A stretch of DNA of 64,000 nucleotides from Spirochaetia bacterium (GTDB lineage: Bacteria; Spirochaetota; Spirochaetia; SZUA-6; Bin103), in contig CBDATQ010000002.1 in assembly GCA_965199955.1 (NCBI GenBank), positions 160,001-224,000 of the forward strand. Reading direction: 5' to 3'. Below the pieces are notes generated by a model. It was given only the letters and a program-made list of their open reading frames with translations, searched no databases and had not been told where the DNA came from. This document shows, piece by piece, positions 58,790 through 64,000 of the stretch. Position 1 is the first letter of the stretch. Every line of letters begins with the position of its first letter. The position numbers and the translations under genes were made by a program.

Positions 58790-60591
58790 TGGCGCACGCC
58801 GGCACGGCAGACCACGCCGAGCACTCGCACGGCGACCACCCGCCGGAGCCGTTCTGGCGGAAGTACATCTTCTCCACCGATCACAAGACGATCGGCATCC
58901 AGTATGGCCTCACCGCCCTGGTGTTCCTGTTCTTCGGGTTCTGCCTGGTGATGATCATGCGCTACAGCATCGCTTACCCTGGCAGCCCGCTGCCGCTGCT
59001 GGGCGGTCTGCTCAACCTGCCCGAGCCGGGCGCCATCCCGCCGGAGTTCTACAACCAGCTCGGCGCCATGCACGGCACGATCATGGTCTTCCTGGGCGTC
59101 GTGCCGCTGGCGGTCGGCGCCTTCGGCAACTACTTCGTGCCGCTGCAGGTGGGCGCCCCGGACATGGCGTTCCCGAAGCTCAACATGACCAGCTACTGGA
59201 TGTACTTCATCGGCGGCGTGGTCATGCTGATCAGCTTCTTCGTGCCGGGCGGCGCCGCAAAGTCCGGGTGGACGTCCTACGCGCCGCTGTCCGTGATCGA
59301 GACGGTGGGGCAGACGTGGTGGCTGATCGGGATGATCTTCCTGATCACCTCGTCGCTGCTCGGCTCGATCAACATCATCACCACGATCGTGCAGCTCCGC
59401 GCGCCGGGGCTGGCCTACATGCGCATGCCCTTCTTCGTCTGGGCGCAGCTCATCACCTCGTTCCTGCTGCTGCTGGCGTTCCCGCCGCTGGAGGCGGCCG
59501 GCGTGCTGCAGCTCCTGGACCGGGTCGCGGGCACCAGCTTCTTCCTGCCGACCGGACTGGTCGTCTCCGGCGAGCCTCTTGAGGTGTCCGGCGGCGGCAG
59601 CGCGCTGCTGTGGCAGCACCTGTTCTGGTTCCTGGCGCATCCGGAGGTCTACGTCCTGATCCTGCCGGCGTTCGGGGTCATCGCCGAGGTCATCGCCAAC
59701 AACACGCGCAAGCCGCTGTGGGGCTACAAGTCGCTGGTCTACTCGGCGCTGTTCATGGGCTTCATGTCATTCATCGTGTGGGCGCACCACATGTTCCTGA
59801 CCGGCATGGGCACAGTGATCAGCTCTTTCTTCCAGTTGACGACCATGATCATCTCGGTGCCGTCGATCATCATCCTGACGGTGTTCATCCTGTCGCTGTG
59901 GGGCGGCTCGATCCGCTTCACGGCGCCGATGAAGTTCGCGCTGGCCTTCATCCCCATGTTCGGCATCGGCGGCCTGACGGGGCTGCCGCTCGGCCTGGCT
60001 TCCGCCGACATCTACCTGCACGACACCTACTACGTGATCGGCCACTTCCACTACGTCGTGGCTCCGGGGTCGCTGTTCGGACTGTTCGCCGGGATCTACT
60101 ACTGGTACCCCAAGGTGACCGGCCGGCGCATGAGCGAACGGCTGGCGAGCTGGCACTTCTGGCCGTCGCTGATCTTCATGAACGGCGTGTTCTTCCCCAT
60201 GTTCATCCAGGGCATGGCCGGCGTGTCCCGGCGCCTCTGGGACGGCGGCGCCACGTACGCCCACGCGCAGGACGTGCTCTGGCTCAACGAGGTGATGTCG
60301 TTCTCCGCGTGGGGGCTGGGGCTGGCGCAGATCTTCTTCATCGTCAACTTCATCATCAGCCTGCGGAAGCCGAAGGAAGCGGAAGAGAACCCGTGGGAGG
60401 CGACCACCCTGGAGTGGGCAGCGCCCTCACCGCCGCTGCCGCACGTGAACTTCCGCGAGCCGGTGGCCGTTACCCGGCCGCCCTACGACTACAGCCCGGC
60501 AGGTGCCAAGGCCGGGTTCCTGCCGCAGCACAGTCCCGCCGGGGCCGGGCCCGATCCAGCCGGCGCCGCCCCTTCCGGCGCCGGACACTGA
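58789..60591 (+). CDS. ctaD: Heme-copper oxidase subunit I (A-family)
   Basis: MHGTIM, APDMAFP.LN, HPEVY, WAHH, LHDTYY..GHFHY. Confidence 0.95.
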   Translation: MAHAGTADHAEHSHGDHPPEPFWRKYIFSTDHKTIGIQYGLTALVFLFFGFCLVMIMRYSIAYPGSPLPLLGGLLNLPEPGAIPPEFYNQLGAMHGTIMVFLGVVPLAVGAFGNYFVPLQVGAPDMAFPKLNMTSYWMYFIGGVVMLISFFVPGGAAKSGWTSYAPLSVIETVGQTWWLIGMIFLITSSLLGSINIITTIVQLRAPGLAYMRMPFFVWAQLITSFLLLLAFPPLEAAGVLQLLDRVAGTSFFLPTGLVVSGEPLEVSGGGSALLWQHLFWFLAHPEVYVLILPAFGVIAEVIANNTRKPLWGYKSLVYSALFMGFMSFIVWAHHMFLTGMGTVISSFFQLTTMIISVPSIIILTVFILSLWGGSIRFTAPMKFALAFIPMFGIGGLTGLPLGLASADIYLHDTYYVIGHFHYVVAPGSLFGLFAGIYYWYPKVTGRRMSERLASWHFWPSLIFMNGVFFPMFIQGMAGVSRRLWDGGATYAHAQDVLWLNEVMSFSAWGLGLAQIFFIVNFIISLRKPKEAEENPWEATTLEWAAPSPPLPHVNFREPVAVTRPPYDYSPAGAKAGFLPQHSPAGAGPDPAGAAPSGAGH

Positions 60592-60601
60592 GCCAGCTCC
60601 C

Positions 60602-61195
<594 letters not shown>

Positions 61196-61229
61196 CGATG
61201 GATGCCCTGTTCCAGGACGTAGCGAGGAG

Positions 61230-61550
61230 GTGAAGGTGGCCGATCAACGCGTCGACAAGCACGTCCGCCAGTACTTGGCGGTGTTCGTGGCCCTGATGGT
61301 GCTGACGATCGTCACGGTACTCGCCAGTCGCATCGATATCGGTGTTGCCGGCGGCATCATCCTTGCTCTGATTATCGCCAGCGTGAAGGGCACGCTGGTA
61401 GCCGGCGTGTTCATGCACCTGTTCAGCGAAAAGCGCAAGATCGTCTACACGGTGCTGATCTACACCGGCATCTTCCTGCTGGTACTGTTTCTGCTCACCG
61501 CCCTGAGCTACGGGGACACGCTCGACCTCGGAGACCCGGACTCAAGGTAG
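61230..61550 (+). CDS. Cytochrome c oxidase subunit IV family protein
   Basis: YLAVFVALMVLT, IASVKGTLV..FMHL. Confidence 0.9.
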   Translation: MKVADQRVDKHVRQYLAVFVALMVLTIVTVLASRIDIGVAGGIILALIIASVKGTLVAGVFMHLFSEKRKIVYTVLIYTGIFLLVLFLLTALSYGDTLDLGDPDSR

Positions 61551-61555
61551 GCGGC

Positions 61556-61759
61556 ATGTCTCTCAAGGTGTTCCACGTCGTCTTCGTCTCCATCGCCGGG
61601 CTGTTCCTGGCACTGTTCTCTGGCTGGGCGTTCCTGTTCGCTCCCGGACTCGACCGCGGCCCCGCCATCGCGCTGGGCGTTTCGGCGGCGGCCGGACTGG
61701 TGGCGCTGGTCCTCACCGAGCGGCGTGTGCTGGCAAGCCTTCCGCGGAGGCCGCGATGA
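61556..61759 (+). CDS. Small 2-TM membrane protein in the oxidase operon
   Basis: MSLKVFHVVF...; translationally coupled to the next gene. Confidence 0.7.
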   Translation: MSLKVFHVVFVSIAGLFLALFSGWAFLFAPGLDRGPAIALGVSAAAGLVALVLTERRVLASLPRRPR

Positions 61760-62031
61760 TGCGCCGCCACGCCGCGCGGCTGCACCCGGCGCTGGTGGCC
61801 GCGCTGCTGCTGCTGGCGCCGCGGCTGGCCGGAGCCTGTGCGGTCTGCTTCGGCGACCCGGACTCACCGGCGTCCAGGGGGCTGACCGTCGCGGTGCTGT
61901 TCCTGGTGGGGGTCATCGTCGCGGTGCTGGCCGGGGTGGCGCTGTTCGCGTTCTCCATGCTGCGGCGCAACGAGCGGCAGCATGAGCACGGCGCGCACGG
62001 CGCCGCGCTGACTGGGGGAACCGATGGTTGA
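61756..62031 (+). CDS. Small exported/membrane protein with a CxxC motif
   Basis: Signal-like N-terminus, ACAVCFGDPDS, one TM, His-containing tail. Confidence 0.75.
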   Translation: MMRRHAARLHPALVAALLLLAPRLAGACAVCFGDPDSPASRGLTVAVLFLVGVIVAVLAGVALFAFSMLRRNERQHEHGAHGAALTGGTDG

Positions 62032-62803
62032 ATTCGCGCAGGCGCTCGGCCTGCCGCTCGACATCTCCGAGCACGGGTACCGGATCGACGCGATCATCGG
62101 CTGGGTCCACCTGGTCATGTTCGTGCTGTTCGTCGGCTGGGGTGCGTTCTTCATCTACGCCATGATCCGCTTCCGGCGGCGGAGGAACCCCGTTGCCGAC
62201 CCGCAGGGCGTCCGCACGCACGCGACCAGCTACCTGGAAGCCGTGATCGTGGTGATCGAACTCGTGCTGCTGTTCGCACTGTCGATCCCGTTCTGGGCCG
62301 GCTTCGTGGCCAAGGTGCCGGAGCCCTCGGAGGCGATGCGGATACGCGTCGTCGCGCAGCAGTTCCAGTGGAACATCCACTACGCCGGCCCCGACGGCGT
62401 GTTCGGTCGCACCGACCCCGCGCTGGTCCGCCCGCAGGAGAACAATCACATCGGTCTGGACCGCGAAGACCTGTTCGGGAAGGACGACGTGATGACCAAC
62501 AATCAGCTCAACGTCCCGATCGACCAGCAGATCGTGATCGAGCTGTCCAGCCTGGACGTCGTGCACAGCTTCTTCGTGCCGGTACTGCGGGTGAAGCAGG
62601 ATGCGGTCCCGGGACTGGTGATCCCCCTGACCTTCACGGCCACGGCCACGGGCAAGTACGAGATCGCGTGCGCGCAGCTCTGCGGCATCGGCCACGCGCA
62701 GATGCGCGGCTTCATCACCCTGATGGAGCCGGCGGAGTTCGACGCGTGGCTGGCCGAGCGCTCCGAGGAAGCGCAGGAGAGCGGGGCGGGCGGCTTCTTC
62801 TGA
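62024..62803 (+). CDS. ctaC: Cytochrome c oxidase subunit II (CuA)
   Basis: QQFQW, DVVHSF, KQDAVPG, CAQLCGIGHAQM. Confidence 0.93.
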   Translation: MVEFAQALGLPLDISEHGYRIDAIIGWVHLVMFVLFVGWGAFFIYAMIRFRRRRNPVADPQGVRTHATSYLEAVIVVIELVLLFALSIPFWAGFVAKVPEPSEAMRIRVVAQQFQWNIHYAGPDGVFGRTDPALVRPQENNHIGLDREDLFGKDDVMTNNQLNVPIDQQIVIELSSLDVVHSFFVPVLRVKQDAVPGLVIPLTFTATATGKYEIACAQLCGIGHAQMRGFITLMEPAEFDAWLAERSEEAQESGAGGFF

Positions 62804-62859
62804 TCGCGGCCGCTGGCGGGCGGCCCGTCAGGACGGCAGTGTTGTCAGGACGGCACGGG

Positions 62860-63055
62860 ATAGACCTGAGGGAACGCGTCGCCGGTAAGTTGTCGGCCGT
62901 CTTGCACCTGGTCGTCCAGGGCCACCCACGCCGTGACCTGCACGTCCGGCGTGATGACCGGCCTCGCCGGTGCGTCCTGGTGCCAGTGCGTGGTGCCGCC
63001 GGTGCGCGGCGGCTTGTACTGCATCTGGTCGTGCCAGACGCGCAGCTCGCGCGCG
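62860..63055 (-). pseudogene. Phytanoyl-CoA dioxygenase (PhyH) family remnant
   Basis: LRVWHDQMQYKPPRTGGTTHWHQD...VTAWVALDD joined directly to a C-terminus-like GDAFPQVY; no start codon in frame nearby. Confidence 0.75.
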
Positions 63056-63252
63056 GGTGAGGTCGATCGCGGCTTCCGGCGGCCGCTCGATGCCCAGCAC
63101 GTCCCAGCGCTTGGGAAGCTTGTAGCAGTCCTGAACCATGGTATCGACGCCCGCGTCGGCGACGTCGCGATGGTGGACGGATCGCTGTCGAAGACGATGC
63201 GGCGCTCGCCGCGGGGGTGCAGGGCCGGAACGTCGGCACTCGCGGCGTGAGC

Positions 63253-64000
63253 CTATCCCGAGGTGGCGCTCAGAATCCGCCGCCGGTTCTGTTCGTCCTG
63301 CGCCTCGTAGTAGAGCCGAAAGCGCCCGTCGTCGAGGTCGATCACGCACGGTTCGGAAACCATGTTCACGTCCAGCGGCCGGTCCAGGTCGAGCAGCGGA
63401 CCGGGATCCCTGGTCCAGGCGAGGCCGTCCTGCGAGGAGGCGGCGAAGATGCCGCCGCGGATGTCGGTGGCCCAGGCGGCGAAGTACATGCGGTAGCGGA
63501 TCTCGGCCGGGTCGCCCAGACGGATCACCTCCGGCGCGTAGACCGACAGCGTGTCGCGCTTCTCGTCTTCCTGGGCGATGCGGACGCCCGGCTCGATCCG
63601 GAACGACAGTCCGTCATCGGAGATGGCGCTGATGATGTGATTGGGCGCGTCGAGCCCGGTGCGCCGGGGATGGGCATAGCTGTGGAAGTAAAGCCGGCAG
63701 CAGAGGCGGGAGGGATCCGACGGCGACTCGACGTAGATGCAGCGCGGCGAGCCGAACGACGCGTCCGGAGCGGCGGCGCGTACGCCGGGCTCGGGCTCCC
63801 AGGTCAGCCCGTCCGGGGAAACCGCGCTCTTGATCACGGTCGGCCGGTCGGGGCCGGCGGCCTCGAAGTACATGCGCCAGCCCCCGTCCGGCATGGGCAC
63901 GACGTCCGGACAGAGCACCCGCCGCGTCGCATCCGGCTCGTGAGCGTCCAGGCGCACGCCCGGCTCCTTGCGCCACGATGCGCCGTCGTCGGACACGGCG
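63253..64000 (-). CDS. Five-bladed beta-propeller glycoside-hydrolase-like protein (5' end outside the window)
   Basis: Repeated PDVV..GGWRMYFE, SPDGLTW..EPGVR, SDDGLSF, SQDGLAW blades. Confidence 0.75.
   Translation of the reverse strand, partial: AVSDDGASWRKEPGVRLDAHEPDATRRVLCPDVVPMPDGGWRMYFEAAGPDRPTVIKSAVSPDGLTWEPEPGVRAAAPDASFGSPRCIYVESPSDPSRLCCRLYFHSYAHPRRTGLDAPNHIISAISDDGLSFRIEPGVRIAQEDEKRDTLSVYAPEVIRLGDPAEIRYRMYFAAWATDIRGGIFAASSQDGLAWTRDPGPLLDLDRPLDVNMVSEPCVIDLDDGRFRLYYEAQDEQNRRRILSATSG

Noticed and set aside
58789..60591. Nitric oxide reductase or cbb3/ba3-type enzyme
   Set aside because: HPEVY Tyr and Glu, D-channel residues and subunits II, III and IV indicate the A-family
62827..62855. 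12-bp direct repeat GTCAGGACGGCA
   Set aside because: Short, beside a decayed gene, with no supporting element ends

Overview
High-GC bacterial chromosomal window. Several gene architectures (STAS-zinc-ribbon protein, CesT/YbjN-like chaperone next to pspA, short FlgM, lspA plus its small downstream membrane protein) resemble spirochete genes, so a Spirochaetota origin is inferred but not proven. 1-35 kb is mixed housekeeping and catabolic: ABC binding proteins, D-aminoacylase, beta-helix glycosidase, Na+-type membrane PPase, pspA locus, ctpA/lgt, PPi-type PFK, galU, his genes, three tRNAs, and a tightly coupled but divergent pterin operon (folE, folB-folP fusion, folK, folM-like SDR). 35-63 kb is a large aerobic energy block: mdh, fumC, sdhCAB, an HCF101-like Fe-S carrier, three ferredoxins, a ferredoxin-NADP reductase, a b6-type split Rieske/cytochrome b complex with an 8-heme coiled-coil cytochrome c, a blue-copper-like lipoprotein, an A-type heme-copper oxidase lacking the K-channel lysine, and several uncharacterised membrane proteins. 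Outside the ORF track there is a three-copy double-hairpin repeat with compensatory base changes, two unannotated small membrane ORFs, several apparently leaderless promoters, and about seven gene remnants, some collapsed by internal deletion. No CRISPR array, integrase or transposase was seen. All calls come from reading motifs by eye; no database search was run.
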